Source: an uncultured bacterium (lineage in GTDB: Bacteria > Vulcanimicrobiota > JAJTBE01 > CAZSLZ01). Taken from it: a DNA stretch of 56,423 nucleotides. The position numbers were made by a program, and so were the translations under genes. Positions 1-9,534 of this stretch are shown here, one piece after another (positions within the stretch are counted from its first letter, which is position 1; every line of letters starts with the position of its first letter). Location: contig CAZSLZ010000002.1 in assembly GCA_964607865.1 (NCBI GenBank), forward strand, positions 1 through 56,423. Reading direction: 5' to 3'. The notes below the pieces were generated by a model. That model was not told the origin of the DNA and searched no databases. It saw only the letters and a program-made list of their open reading frames with translations.

Positions 1-960
1 TTCTCTCTGGCGAATTTTGTTGTCCAGTTCATCGGTGTTCTTGACTTTGAACTGCTTCTTGAATTTTTCAAATTCAGCTTCGCCTTTTTTGGGCAACCCC
101 ACGGCGAATATCATGGTTAAAAAGATGGCAAAACCTATACCCACAACTATCATGGGTTCTCTCAAAAGAGGTTCGTTAAGCACTGCCAGGTGAATAAGAT
201 AAAAAACCACCAATAATGCCATTAATATATAAGGTTGCCTCAAGTAATTGGCAAAATTATTGGCAAAACTGTAAAAACCGCCCTCTTTTAAACTGGCGGC
301 GGTGGCAAAACCCTGTTTTGCCGGAAGGTTATTACTGTCCAGGGTCAGGGCTTTTGAATACTGGTATTCAGCTATATCCAGAAAACGGGCTTCCAGGAAA
401 TAATCCCCCAGTTTTAAATAAGGGATGGCGGTTTTATCATTGAAGGGAAGGGGAGGTTCATAAACTGACTTGTCTATGTTCCGGTCGTAAACTTTCTTCC
501 GGGCGCCTTCAATTACCTGTTTTAATTTGGGGCAATTTTCATCTATGGATTTTGCCTTGTATGCCATATCCAGAGCTTCTTCGAAACGGCCCCGGTGAAT
601 TAAAAAGGTGGCATATTCCACCATAAATAATGGTTTGTCCGGGGAATAGGTTATGGCTTTTTTCATGTTTTTTTCCGCCAGCGCCATATCGCCGGATCCC
701 CAATTGATCAAGCCCAGCAGAAATTGATGATGAAAATTCTCCGGTTCCAGTTCAATTGAAATTTCGATGGTTTTCTCGGCCTTGCGGAAATTTCCCAGTT
801 CTTTAAAGGCGAGAGCCTTGTAATGGAAAGCCAGAGCGCTGTTTTCCCTTTCTTCCAGAGCGCTGTTTGCATACCTGAGCATTTTTTGAATATTGCCAAG
901 CTTATAATTTGCATATGCATTTGTAAGAATATCTTCAAAACTTTGTTCTTTGGCTGCCAT
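1..960 (-). CDS. TPR-repeat protein with C-terminal hydrophobic segments; 3' end runs off the window
   Basis: This ORF is absent from the ORF track because it has no stop inside the window. Reading the minus strand from the ATG at 960-958 (MAAKEQSFEDILTNAYANYKLGNIQKMLRYANSALEE...), I checked every forward triplet in that phase down to base 1 and found no tta/cta/tca. That gives 320 open codons. The sequence shows TPR-like 34-aa periodicity, with hydrophobic stretches near the window edge. Confidence 0.65.
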   Translation of the reverse strand, partial: MAAKEQSFEDILTNAYANYKLGNIQKMLRYANSALEERENSALAFHYKALAFKELGNFRKAEKTIEISIELEPENFHHQFLLGLINWGSGDMALAEKNMKKAITYSPDKPLFMVEYATFLIHRGRFEEALDMAYKAKSIDENCPKLKQVIEGARKKVYDRNIDKSVYEPPLPFNDKTAIPYLKLGDYFLEARFLDIAEYQYSKALTLDSNNLPAKQGFATAASLKEGGFYSFANNFANYLRQPYILMALLVVFYLIHLAVLNEPLLREPMIVVGIGFAIFLTMIFAVGLPKKGEAEFEKFKKQFKVKNTDELDNKIRQRE

Positions 961-1178
961 AATATCTATTCCGTTTCAAATTAAATAAAAAACCAACATA
1001 ATTATTGACAAACTTATCCATAAACTTATTTCTAAACCTGGAAACTTTTTCCTTCAAATTAAAGCTTTTATGAAGGTGGAAGGAGAAATGCATAAAAATA
1101 TCATAATAGGACCCCTTATGCTGATTCCAAAAAACTTCAACGATTGTTGAAAGAAAAAAATGAAATCTACACAGAATT

Positions 1179-1470
1179 CGTCATCACAAGCATCCATAGG
1201 ATGCGTGGCGCTCTCTCCCCATTAAGAACGGGGGAATATATTGTTCGCCCCAATTTGGAATTGGGGAATAAATTGTTCGCATCGTAACCAGGAAAAACAG
1301 CGAAAGATCCGGCTGCTCACAGACGCAAGATAAATATGCTTGGAAATCCCGAAAACCGTCATCACGAGGAGCGTCAGCGACGTGGTGATCTCTGTACCAC
1401 ACAGGTTAATGGGTATGGAAACCAACCCGATCTAAGTTGAGATTGCCATGCCTCTTCGAGGCTTGCAATA
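1179..1470. repeat. Composite hairpin-repeat block: three stem-loop units plus a ~95-nt core shared with 46687-46746
   Basis: Unit A is 1179-1215 (cgtcatcacaagc...gcgtggcgctctc). Unit B is 1357-1392 (cgtcatcacgaggagcgtcagcgacgtggtgatctc). Unit C is 1441-1470 in the opposite orientation (gattgccatgcctcttcgaggcttgcaata). The core at 1235-1329 recurs reverse-complemented at 46687-46746. Unit B and its flanks align with 15794-15860. Confidence 0.8.
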
Positions 1471-1551
1471 ACAACATAACGGGCTATGGAAATGTAACTG
1501 ACTTTTGGAAAACAGTATAAGATGTCTGTGAAAATATTTTCCATATTTTTC

Positions 1552-1577
1552 TTGCTGTGAATTTAAAATCACAGCAA
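1552..1577. promoter_or_regulatory. Perfect palindrome TTGCTGTGA-N8-TCACAGCAA, 33 nt upstream of the uvrB start; candidate operator
   Basis: The 9-bp arms are exact reverse complements, and no T-run follows, so this is not a terminator. Its position is appropriate for repressor control of uvrB, which is an SOS regulon member in many bacteria. Confidence 0.3.
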
Positions 1578-1609
1578 ATTGTTACAGTTATAAAAAAGGA
1601 TTGAATTAA

Positions 1610-3649
1610 ATGTCTTTGTTTAAATTGAAGACTCCATACCCCCCCAGGGGAGACCAGCCCGAGGCTATCGAAAAACTGGCCCGGAGTCTGGACGAGGGGC
1701 ACCACCACCAGACTCTTCTGGGGGTTACAGGTTCGGGCAAAACCTATACCATGGCCAATGTAATTTCCAAGCTTGGCAAACCTGCCCTGATAATATCTCA
1801 TAACAAAACCCTGGCAGCCCAACTGTGCGCCGAATTCCAGGAGTTCTTTCCCGAAAATGCTGTGGAATATTTTATAAGTTACTATGATTATTACCAGCCT
1901 GAGGCCTATATTCCCACATCTGATGTATATATTGAAAAAGATTCATCTATCAACGAGGAGATCGATCGGCTTCGCCATTCTGCCACCCAGTCTGTACTGG
2001 AAAGAAAAGATGTTATTGTTGTTGCCAGTGTTTCCTGTATTTATGGGCTGGGATCCCCGGAAGCCTATAAGCAGACGGTTTTATCCCTTAAAGAGGGAGC
2101 TGAGGTAGAAAGGGAATTTGTTCTGGAAAGGCTGATTAATATGCAGTATTCCCGGACTACTATCACGCCGGCACGGGGCCAGTTCCGAATACGGGGAGAA
2201 ATTCTGGAAATTTGCCCCGCCCATGAAGACCAGATTATCCGGGTGGAGTTTTTTGGCGATGAAATTGATACTGTCAGGGTCCTCGACCACCTCACCGGGG
2301 AGGTTCTGGACAAATCAGGAGAAATAACCATCTTTCCCGCCAAGCATTTTATTACTACCCTGCCCAATTTTGACCGGGCGCTGACCGCAATAGAGGATGA
2401 ACTGAGAGGCCAGATTAAATATTTTAAAGAAAAAGACATGTACCTGGAAGCTCAGCGGATTGAGATGAGAACCCGGAACGACCTGGAGCTTCTGAAAGAA
2501 ATCGGTTACTGCAACGGTGTGGAGAATTATTCCCGGCACCTTACCGGCCGAAAATCCGGCGAACCCCCTTTTACGCTTATCGATTATTTTCCCGGAGATT
2601 TTGTGACTTTTATAGATGAATCCCATGTAACAATTCCCCAGTTGAGAGGTATGCAGCACGGGGACAGATCGAGAAAAAAGAACCTTATAGAGTATGGTTT
2701 TCGCCTGCCCTCGGCCTTCGACAACCGGCCTCTCTCTTTTGAAGAATTTCTGACAAAAGTAAATCAGGTGGTCTATGTTTCCGCCACCCCGGGCCCCTTC
2801 GAACTGGAAAATTCAGCCCGGATTGTGGAACAGGTGATTCGCCCTACCGGACTGGTGGACCCGGAAATAATAATTCGCCCTGTTGCCCACCAGGTGGATG
2901 ATTTGATAGGTGAAATCAGAAAAAGAACCAAAAAAAAGGAGAGGGTGCTGGTCACCACCCTTACAAAAAAAATGTCCGAAGATCTAACCGACTATCTCAA
3001 TTCCATGAATATCCGGGTCAGGTATTTGCATTCCGAGATTGACTCCCTGGAGAGAATTGAAATACTCCGGGACCTTCGGCTGGGCAGGTTTGACGTTCTG
3101 GTGGGAATTAATCTTTTAAGGGAAGGGCTGGACTTGCCCGAGGTTTCCCTGGTGGCGATTCTTGATGCCGACAAGGAAGGTTTTCTGAGATCTGAAACCT
3201 CCCTGATTCAGACCATAGGACGGGCGGCCAGAAATGTGAGCGGAACTGTTATTCTGTATGCTGACGAAATTACAAAATCCATAAGAAGGGCTGTGGATGA
3301 AACTCAAAGGCGCCGACATATTCAACTGGAATATAACAGGGAACACAACATCGAACCCCAGACAATCCGCAAGGCAGTGAAGGATATACTGGGCAAACTC
3401 AGGATATCGGAAACTTCCGAGGTTTTGATGACAGAAAACAAGGAAAAACTTTCTATAGAAGGGCTGGAAAAATTGATAAGGGAAATTGAAGAAGCTATGA
3501 GGGACGCCGCTAAAAATATGGAGTTTGAAACTGCCGCTGCCCTGAGAGATGAAATGTTTGAACTTAAAAAAGAATTAAAAGCCCGGGTTGAGCAGACTCC
3601 GGTGGCTTTGCTGGCGGACCGGGAGGCCCGGGCCGGGGGGCTTGGCTAA
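1610..3649 (+). CDS. uvrB: Excinuclease ABC subunit B
   Basis: 679 aa. It has a Walker A motif ([15 protein letters not shown]), helicase motifs, and a C-terminal UVR domain ([20 protein letters not shown]). Confidence 0.97.
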   Translation: MSLFKLKTPYPPRGDQPEAIEKLARSLDEGHHHQTLLGVTGSGKTYTMANVISKLGKPALIISHNKTLAAQLCAEFQEFFPENAVEYFISYYDYYQPEAYIPTSDVYIEKDSSINEEIDRLRHSATQSVLERKDVIVVASVSCIYGLGSPEAYKQTVLSLKEGAEVEREFVLERLINMQYSRTTITPARGQFRIRGEILEICPAHEDQIIRVEFFGDEIDTVRVLDHLTGEVLDKSGEITIFPAKHFITTLPNFDRALTAIEDELRGQIKYFKEKDMYLEAQRIEMRTRNDLELLKEIGYCNGVENYSRHLTGRKSGEPPFTLIDYFPGDFVTFIDESHVTIPQLRGMQHGDRSRKKNLIEYGFRLPSAFDNRPLSFEEFLTKVNQVVYVSATPGPFELENSARIVEQVIRPTGLVDPEIIIRPVAHQVDDLIGEIRKRTKKKERVLVTTLTKKMSEDLTDYLNSMNIRVRYLHSEIDSLERIEILRDLRLGRFDVLVGINLLREGLDLPEVSLVAILDADKEGFLRSETSLIQTIGRAARNVSGTVILYADEITKSIRRAVDETQRRRHIQLEYNREHNIEPQTIRKAVKDILGKLRISETSEVLMTENKEKLSIEGLEKLIREIEEAMRDAAKNMEFETAAALRDEMFELKKELKARVEQTPVALLADREARAGGLG

Positions 3650-4221
3650 TCTACTGCCTTTACTTTATAGCAGGCCTGCTTAATACTTTCCATTTCCTTT
3701 TTGAATCTATCCATAACTTTGTGGGCAAAAGAAACCGGCTCTATGCCCAGTTCTCCCAGCCCCGAGGTCGGTACTGGAGTGCCCTGGGTTAGTATGTTGA
3801 TACCCGTATGCATCAGAACTGAAACCGGAGAGCGGGTTGCTATGGAAACAGTAAGTTTTCTTTTGACCCCGGCAATTCCGATATGATAAAGATCATCACC
3901 GTCACGGAACAGCCTGCCCGGAATTGCCTGTTCTTCCAATTCTTCTTTCAGGGCATGGATGAACAATCGCTGGCGATGAACCATCATTTCCAGGTTATGG
4001 TCAAAAAACTCTGCAATAAAATGAAGCATTCTCGGGCTGTAAATTTTGTCATTGTTCTTTACGTCAAGCAGATCCACCATATTGTTTATGGACACATCAC
4101 ATGGCCCTGTAAAACCGACTATGGCGTTACCCGGAATATCAAAATTGTTGAAAATCCAGTGGGATATTAATTCCACGCCGGTATAGGGGGTTTCTTCATT
4201 TATATATTTTGTCTGTATCAT
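3646..4221 (-). CDS. Conserved hypothetical protein, possibly DUF366 family
   Basis: 191-aa ORF. Its ATG overlaps the stop of the upstream TrkA-N gene (ATGA), and its stop overlaps the uvrB stop by 4 nt (convergent). The DUF366 assignment is from memory only and needs a profile search. Confidence 0.5.
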   Translation of the reverse strand: MIQTKYINEETPYTGVELISHWIFNNFDIPGNAIVGFTGPCDVSINNMVDLLDVKNNDKIYSPRMLHFIAEFFDHNLEMMVHRQRLFIHALKEELEEQAIPGRLFRDGDDLYHIGIAGVKRKLTVSIATRSPVSVLMHTGINILTQGTPVPTSGLGELGIEPVSFAHKVMDRFKKEMESIKQACYKVKAVD

Positions 4222-4637
4222 TGGGGGCCAGAATCCGTATATTGATCGAAATTCTGCATTAAAACTTCCACAGCCTGCCGGGTGGGGCAGATGGTATCCA
4301 ACCCCAGTTTGTGAAATATTTTTTCCTTATCAGGGGCAAACACCCTGGCTACCGTGTGTTTCGCCTTTAAAAACTTTTTACCAATCTGGCCCACGGTCAG
4401 GTTTATGTTATCGTCCCCGGTCAACACCAGTAAAAGATCTGCCTGGTCCACCTTTGCCTGGCGCAATACTTCTATCTGGGTGGCGTCACCCACAATACGG
4501 AAACCGGAAAAATCAGTGGAAAGATTGGCAAAGGCATTTTCTTCCTTATCCACCAGTATTAAACTTTTTCCTTCCCTGGATAACTGGTTGGCCACCTGAA
4601 CACCCATCTGGCCGCTACCCACTATAACTACCAACAC
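4218..4637 (-). CDS. TrkA-N (KTN) NAD-binding domain protein
   Basis: GTG start. It has an N-terminal Rossmann motif (VVIVGSGQMGVQVANQL) and an LILVDKEE acidic residue, and is only 139 aa, i.e. the N domain alone. Confidence 0.8.
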   Translation of the reverse strand: MLVVIVGSGQMGVQVANQLSREGKSLILVDKEENAFANLSTDFSGFRIVGDATQIEVLRQAKVDQADLLLVLTGDDNINLTVGQIGKKFLKAKHTVARVFAPDKEKIFHKLGLDTICPTRQAVEVLMQNFDQYTDSGPQ

Positions 4638-4649
4638 AAATAATCACCC

Positions 4650-5309
4650 TTAACTTTCCTTGTTTTCTTTTATTTTCTTGACCACCCTGGCCAGGTTACG
4701 CTGGGCCTGGGAATAGCCCGGCTCCAACGCCAATGCCGCCTTGTAATGTTTTTTGGCTTCTTCATACTCAGCATTTATTTCCATTATGGCTCCCAGAATA
4801 TTATGAGGTTCAGCCTTCACCGGGTCTTTTCCGATGGCTTTCTTTAAATATTCACGGGCAGCTTCATATTTTTTACGGGTAATCTGGTCCTTGGCAAGTT
4901 CAATGTAAGCGCCGTAATCGTCTTCTTCATTTTCCGCCAGCCTTTTACGGGAAAGAATCTTATTTACTATATCCTGAATCTCCCTGGGAGTGAAGGGTTT
5001 CTGCATAAAATCAGCGGCGCCCAGCTTCATGGCTTCCACGGCCACATCCACAGTTCCGTGAGCTGTAACTATTACCACCGATACGTTGATTTCTTTTTCC
5101 CTGACTCTTTTCAGAACTTCCAGGCCGTCCATTCCCTGCATTTTCAAGTCCAGAAAAACCAGATCATACTTATTGTCTATAATTTTTTGAAGGCCTTCTT
5201 CCCCGTTAATTGCCTCGTCCACTTCCATATCAACATAGGACAGGCATTTGGAAAGGGTAAGCCTGATATTTTTTTCATCATCTATAACTAAAGCTTTGCC
5301 TCTGCTCAT
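4650..5309 (-). CDS. Response regulator: receiver domain plus C-terminal TPR-like domain, no DNA-binding output
   Basis: The REC motifs are ALVIDDEK, DLVFLDLKMQGMDG and the MQKPF region. The C-terminus (AREYLKKAIGKDP...YEEAKKHYKAALALEP) is TPR-like. I chose the ATG at 5309, which is preceded by GGAGG with 5-nt spacing. The track start at 5321 lies inside that RBS. Confidence 0.88.
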   Translation of the reverse strand: MSRGKALVIDDEKNIRLTLSKCLSYVDMEVDEAINGEEGLQKIIDNKYDLVFLDLKMQGMDGLEVLKRVREKEINVSVVIVTAHGTVDVAVEAMKLGAADFMQKPFTPREIQDIVNKILSRKRLAENEEDDYGAYIELAKDQITRKKYEAAREYLKKAIGKDPVKAEPHNILGAIMEINAEYEEAKKHYKAALALEPGYSQAQRNLARVVKKIKENKES

Positions 5310-5328
5310 AAATACCTCCATAGGTTTA

Positions 5329-7206
5329 TTAAATTGCTATTTCGTCTTCTCCATTTTCTTCCTTTGCTACGGGAAGGGTGAAATAGAACTGGGAACCCTT
5401 GCCCAGTTCGCTTTCCACCCACAAGGTTCCATGGTGGGCTCGTATTATTTCCAGGGAAAGGGCCAGTCCCAGCCCGGCGCCTCCCCTTTTGGGGTCGCTT
5501 TCCACCTGGACAAATTTTCTGAAAACTTTTTTCAAATAATCTCTGGGTATGCCTGAACCGGTATCTTCAACTCGGAATTCAATCAGGCCATCTTCACCCC
5601 GGGCAGCGCCCAGAGTAATTTTCCCGCCTTCAGGAGTATAACGCAGGGCGTTACTCACCAGGTTGTTAAGCACCTGCATTATCCGGTTATAATCGGCATA
5701 AACATTGGGCAATTCTTTCTCAATATCGGCAACCAGTTCGATTTTTTTTGCCTGGGCCTGGGCATTGAATGAATTGACCACGCTTATCAGTAAACTGTCA
5801 GGACTAACCGGGAAGAATTCCATTTCCATGCGGCCGGTTTCAATCCGGGAAATATCCAGCAGGTTGTTCATCATATACCGCATTCTAACCCCGTCTTCAT
5901 TGGCAGCGGCCAGTAATTCCTTCTGATCCGGCGTCAGGGGGCCTGCGGAACCTTCCAGAACCATTGCAATGCTCATCAAAATTGATGTAAGGGGGGTTCT
6001 TAACTCATGACTGGCTATGGAAATAAAATCGCTCTTCATCTGATCCAGTTCCTTCAACTTGGTTACGTCTTCAAGAAGAATAATGTAGGCTATGCGGGCG
6101 CCGTCCTCTTTTTCCACGGGAAAAACCTTGACCTGAAAATGTTTTGTCATACGATCGTAATTCCATTCAAAAGTGGGATACGTAAATTTTGGGGTGAAAT
6201 TCTGTTTTTCAATAGTATCTTCCACAATATTGAACAGCGCCTCGCTCTTGAAAATATCTCTGAAATCGCGGCCGTGGCTTATGCCGGGAATAAGATAGAA
6301 TACCCTTTCGGCGGTGGGGTTAACCATAATTATCTTGTAATGAGGGTCAATAACAATCATACAATCGCCCACAGAACGCAGGACCGCTTCGGTGCGTTTC
6401 TTTTCTTCAATAAGTTTCTCCAGGTTAAGGGTCTGGTATTCTCTCAGCCTTTTTATCATCTTGTTAAACTCTGTGGCTAATATACCGATTTCATCGGAAT
6501 ATTCGGTTTCCACTGATACGTCCAGGTTGCCCTTTCGCACCTCGGAAACTGCGGTTGTGAGGTTTTCCACCGGCCTTACTATTATATGAGTTAAAAGAAG
6601 GCTTACTCCGACACCCACAAAAATTCCCAGGCCTGAAATAATTATTACCGTACTAATATAATTTTCTGATATTTTTTTAGATTGCTGAATAGAGTTAAGC
6701 ATGGCCTTACGGTTCATTTCAATAAGGCTGAGGGTGTGTTGGCGAAGCTTATCCAGCTGCCACCGGGCAGTTTTAGTGTAAAGCTCGATATTGGCAGTGT
6801 TTTTTTCCTGCAGTGATTTTTCCAGCCAATTGTAATGAGCCAGGTATTCAATATAAAAATATTCAATTTTTTTTACCAGTTCAGCCTCACCCTGAAGGCT
6901 GGCATTGGCCTTGGCATCGTCAAGCCATTTGAAAAACTCTTCCCTGTTTTCGTTGAGAATCTGTTTGGCAGCTTCATTCTTTCCGGCGATGAGCATCCAT
7001 TGGCTGATCTGGTGCCTTTCCAGAATTTTCAAAATAGACTGGGCGGCAAAAATCGATTCGTAATTTTCCTTGATAACCTGTTCGGTTATGGAACTTAACT
7101 GCATCAGGCTGCGTATAGCCTGAAATGATATGAAAGTAAGTATTATCAGTAATAATATGTAAGAAATTAAAATCTTTTTTCGTAGATTAAACTTGAACAT
7201 GGGCAA
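5329..7206 (-). CDS. Sensor histidine kinase (TM - sensor - TM - HAMP - PAS - HisKA - HATPase)
   Basis: It has an H-box (SHELRTPLTSI), an N-box (NLVSNALRYT), G-boxes (DTGSGIP, GGAGLGLALS), a HAMP-like segment (IVRPVENLTTAVSEVRKGNL) and two hydrophobic segments. Confidence 0.9.
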   Translation of the reverse strand: MPMFKFNLRKKILISYILLLIILTFISFQAIRSLMQLSSITEQVIKENYESIFAAQSILKILERHQISQWMLIAGKNEAAKQILNENREEFFKWLDDAKANASLQGEAELVKKIEYFYIEYLAHYNWLEKSLQEKNTANIELYTKTARWQLDKLRQHTLSLIEMNRKAMLNSIQQSKKISENYISTVIIISGLGIFVGVGVSLLLTHIIVRPVENLTTAVSEVRKGNLDVSVETEYSDEIGILATEFNKMIKRLREYQTLNLEKLIEEKKRTEAVLRSVGDCMIVIDPHYKIIMVNPTAERVFYLIPGISHGRDFRDIFKSEALFNIVEDTIEKQNFTPKFTYPTFEWNYDRMTKHFQVKVFPVEKEDGARIAYIILLEDVTKLKELDQMKSDFISIASHELRTPLTSILMSIAMVLEGSAGPLTPDQKELLAAANEDGVRMRYMMNNLLDISRIETGRMEMEFFPVSPDSLLISVVNSFNAQAQAKKIELVADIEKELPNVYADYNRIMQVLNNLVSNALRYTPEGGKITLGAARGEDGLIEFRVEDTGSGIPRDYLKKVFRKFVQVESDPKRGGAGLGLALSLEIIRAHHGTLWVESELGKGSQFYFTLPVAKEENGEDEIAI

Positions 7207-7300
7207 CTTATTCCGTATTCTTTACTATATTCCTTTGTAAGCATCATTATTGGAAGGCATTTTGATTCTCTGATTATCTTTTGATTCCTGCTGATTTTTA

Positions 7301-7711
7301 TCATCCTGTCCGATCTTCAATGGAATTCTCCCAGCATTTTATTTCCTGAAGGGAAGTGAGAGCGTTTTTTTCCATATGTCGGGCAAAAGTATTTACACCA
7401 TCTACCACGTCCCAGAAGGCTAACCCTACCATAACCACCACCAGGGCGAATACCACGGCCCAGTATTTAACCTGCATCATATACAGTTTTTTGCTGGGAT
7501 CCGGCAAAAACCATATACCCCATAAAATCATTCCGGCAACCACCATTAGAATAAAGACACCGAAGAATCTCCGGGCCATGCGAATATTCAGCTGGCGTGC
7601 CGGGTAGCCGAAATCTTTGAGCCGGGGATAGTTTTTCAACTCCATCGATATCAGGTAAATGCTTCCGGTTATCAACAGAACCGATACTATGTAAGCAATA
7701 ATTTTTCCCAT
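7301..7711 (-). CDS. Small integral membrane protein, function unknown
   Basis: 136 aa with about four hydrophobic helices. It lies 4 nt downstream of the ComF-like gene on the same strand. Confidence 0.55.
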   Translation of the reverse strand: MGKIIAYIVSVLLITGSIYLISMELKNYPRLKDFGYPARQLNIRMARRFFGVFILMVVAGMILWGIWFLPDPSKKLYMMQVKYWAVVFALVVVMVGLAFWDVVDGVNTFARHMEKNALTSLQEIKCWENSIEDRTG

Positions 7712-7715
7712 GAAC

Positions 7716-8471
7716 TCACTCTTTTCGTGGAGTCCTCGCCAGGGTAAGCACCTTAATCTTATCGGCGCCAGCTTCTTTCAAAGCTTTGCTGCAATAATAA
7801 ACTGTGGCGCCGGTGGTAAAAATATCATCAATCAACAATATACTTTTATTGTTTATATCCATATTATCTTTCAGTTTAAAGGCGTCCTTGGCGTTTTCCC
7901 ATCTGTTTTTACCTTTTAATTTATGTTGTAGTTTAATTTCTCTTTTTCTTTCTAAAACCAGTTTATAATTCAAGCCTGCTTTCTCCTTCAAAATTTTTGC
8001 AAGGCCTGTCGCCAGGCAGATTTTTCTTTCCGGGCTGTTAAGGTTAGGGGGAACTGATGTTAACACATCTGCTTCAAACAGGTAGGAATTTCTCTTAAAA
8101 TATTTCCACAGAATTGTTTCAAAGTGAAGTAATAATTCTGTTTTTCCTTTAAATTTTATCTCGTGAATTATCTGTTTTATTTCCGTTTTATATAGTACTA
8201 TCGATCGGCTGATTTCATACCTCTGCGGTTTTTCCCGGCAATCGGGGCAAAGTTTGTCGCTGGTATTCAATGGGTCTCCGCAAATTCTGCAAAGAGGCGG
8301 TTTCAGATATTCAAATTTTGATTTACAGGCTGAACAAAGAGTTGTATTGATTTCTTCTCTGCAAATTGGGCAGGCCGAAGATGAAAAAAGGCCGACTATT
8401 TCATCGACCATTTTTTTCCAGTTTAAATCGGGTATAATAAAAATCAAAGTTTTTTGCCCCGGTGCTGCCAT
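7716..8471 (-). CDS. ComF-family protein (double zinc ribbon plus phosphoribosyltransferase domain)
   Basis: It has two Cys4 pairs (CPICREE...CSACKS and CRICG...CPDC) and a C-terminal PRTase motif (ILLIDDIFTTGAT). The start is uncertain. The track start at 8471 overlaps the upstream gene by 28 nt, and an alternative ATG lies at 8411. Confidence 0.78.
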   Translation of the reverse strand: MAAPGQKTLIFIIPDLNWKKMVDEIVGLFSSSACPICREEINTTLCSACKSKFEYLKPPLCRICGDPLNTSDKLCPDCREKPQRYEISRSIVLYKTEIKQIIHEIKFKGKTELLLHFETILWKYFKRNSYLFEADVLTSVPPNLNSPERKICLATGLAKILKEKAGLNYKLVLERKREIKLQHKLKGKNRWENAKDAFKLKDNMDINNKSILLIDDIFTTGATVYYCSKALKEAGADKIKVLTLARTPRKE

Positions 8472-9172
8472 TTACCCCTGAAGGAGATATAGAATGACAG
8501 GACAAAGAGTTTTACATCCAGCCAGAGGTTGCAATTTTTAATATATAGCAAGTCGTATCTTAATTTATCTCTGGGAGATGTATTGTATTTGCCGTAAACC
8601 TGGGCAAGCCCGGTAAGCCCCGGCCTTATTTTATGACGCTCGTTGAAATTGGGTACGTCTTTTATAATCTCATTTTCCACAATTTCCGGCCTTTCGGGAC
8701 GGGGGCCCACAAAACTCATATCCCCTGTCAAAATATTAATCAGCTGGGGCATTTCATCCAGGGCGGTTTTTCTTAACAGCCAGCCCACACGGGTAATGCG
8801 GGGGTCCTTTTCCCTGGCCAATACCGCTCCTGTGGCCTGCTCAGCGTCCTGAACCATGGACCGGAATTTTAACTGTTGAAAATGCCTGTCGTCCTTTCCA
8901 ATTCTTTCCTGTGAATAGAATGGCGACCCCTTTGAATCGAGCTTGATTGCTATTATTATAAGCAGCCAGAGGGGCGAGGAAAGAATCAGACCAAACAGAG
9001 CCATAAGAAAGTCAATAGCCCGTTTCGTCTTCATATAGGCAGCCGAGGGCTGTCTGTCGCTGTCGATGTCAACTTTTATATTTCCCCGGAGGGGATTGGT
9101 TTCTTCATCTGTAAATGGCTTTAAATCCTGAAAAGGCATTGCGTTATTATTTTGCACCAACATTTCATCCAT
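8444..9172 (-). CDS. Bacterial sugar transferase (undecaprenyl-phosphate hexose-1-phosphate transferase type)
   Basis: It has one TM segment followed by the family motifs (FVGPRPERPE, RPGLTGLAQV). Confidence 0.85.
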   Translation of the reverse strand: MDEMLVQNNNAMPFQDLKPFTDEETNPLRGNIKVDIDSDRQPSAAYMKTKRAIDFLMALFGLILSSPLWLLIIIAIKLDSKGSPFYSQERIGKDDRHFQQLKFRSMVQDAEQATGAVLAREKDPRITRVGWLLRKTALDEMPQLINILTGDMSFVGPRPERPEIVENEIIKDVPNFNERHKIRPGLTGLAQVYGKYNTSPRDKLRYDLLYIKNCNLWLDVKLFVLSFYISFRGKWQHRGKKL

Positions 9173-9534
9173 ATTAAATCATTCCTGGTTTATGAATTTA
9201 ACTGTTTGTTAACAGTTATTTGTATCAAACCCCGGAAAGTTGCTTAACTTTCAGCAAATCCTTATTCATTATTTTCAATTATTTTCCTTCATGAAATCAG
9301 GCCGGGTTTTAATAGTATTTTTATGAGCCTGTATTTGTTAAATACTTGTTAAACTTGCATTTAAGCAGGATTTACAGGGTTTGAGATTAAGTAGTAATTG
9401 TATTTTGAATTATGTCGAAATAATGTTTTCATTTATTTCAAAGCAGTAGCAAAAATAATTTTCATATCAAATAATATGAATAGTTACAGTAATAATAACA
9501 TACTAAAAATACAATTCTGTGAGGAGGATCACTT

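Noticed and set aside
1088-1150. A 20-codon mini-ORF (MHKNIIIGPLMLIPKNFNDC) sits behind a strong GGAGG-type RBS in the uvrB upstream spacer.
   Set aside because: It is too short to evaluate from sequence alone, and I have no conservation information. It could be a leader peptide, but I cannot support that.
1184-1425. Track ORFs 1184..1402 and 1222..1425 (and likewise 15725..15946 and 46606..46821).
   Set aside because: They are composed of the hairpin-repeat elements, lack an RBS, and their peptides differ between copies. They are repeat read-through, not genes.
9199-9252. Two short inverted repeats (TAACTGTT-tgtt-AACAGTTA and GAAAGTT-gctt-AACTTTC) and a direct TTGTTAAA repeat (about 9344-9365) lie in the 362-nt spacer upstream of the sugar transferase and phosphohexomutase genes. 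I considered them as Rex-type or other operators.
   Set aside because: The arms are short and AT-rich, and neither the spacing nor the orientation matches the Rex consensus. They are plausible but unsupported without genome-wide motif statistics.
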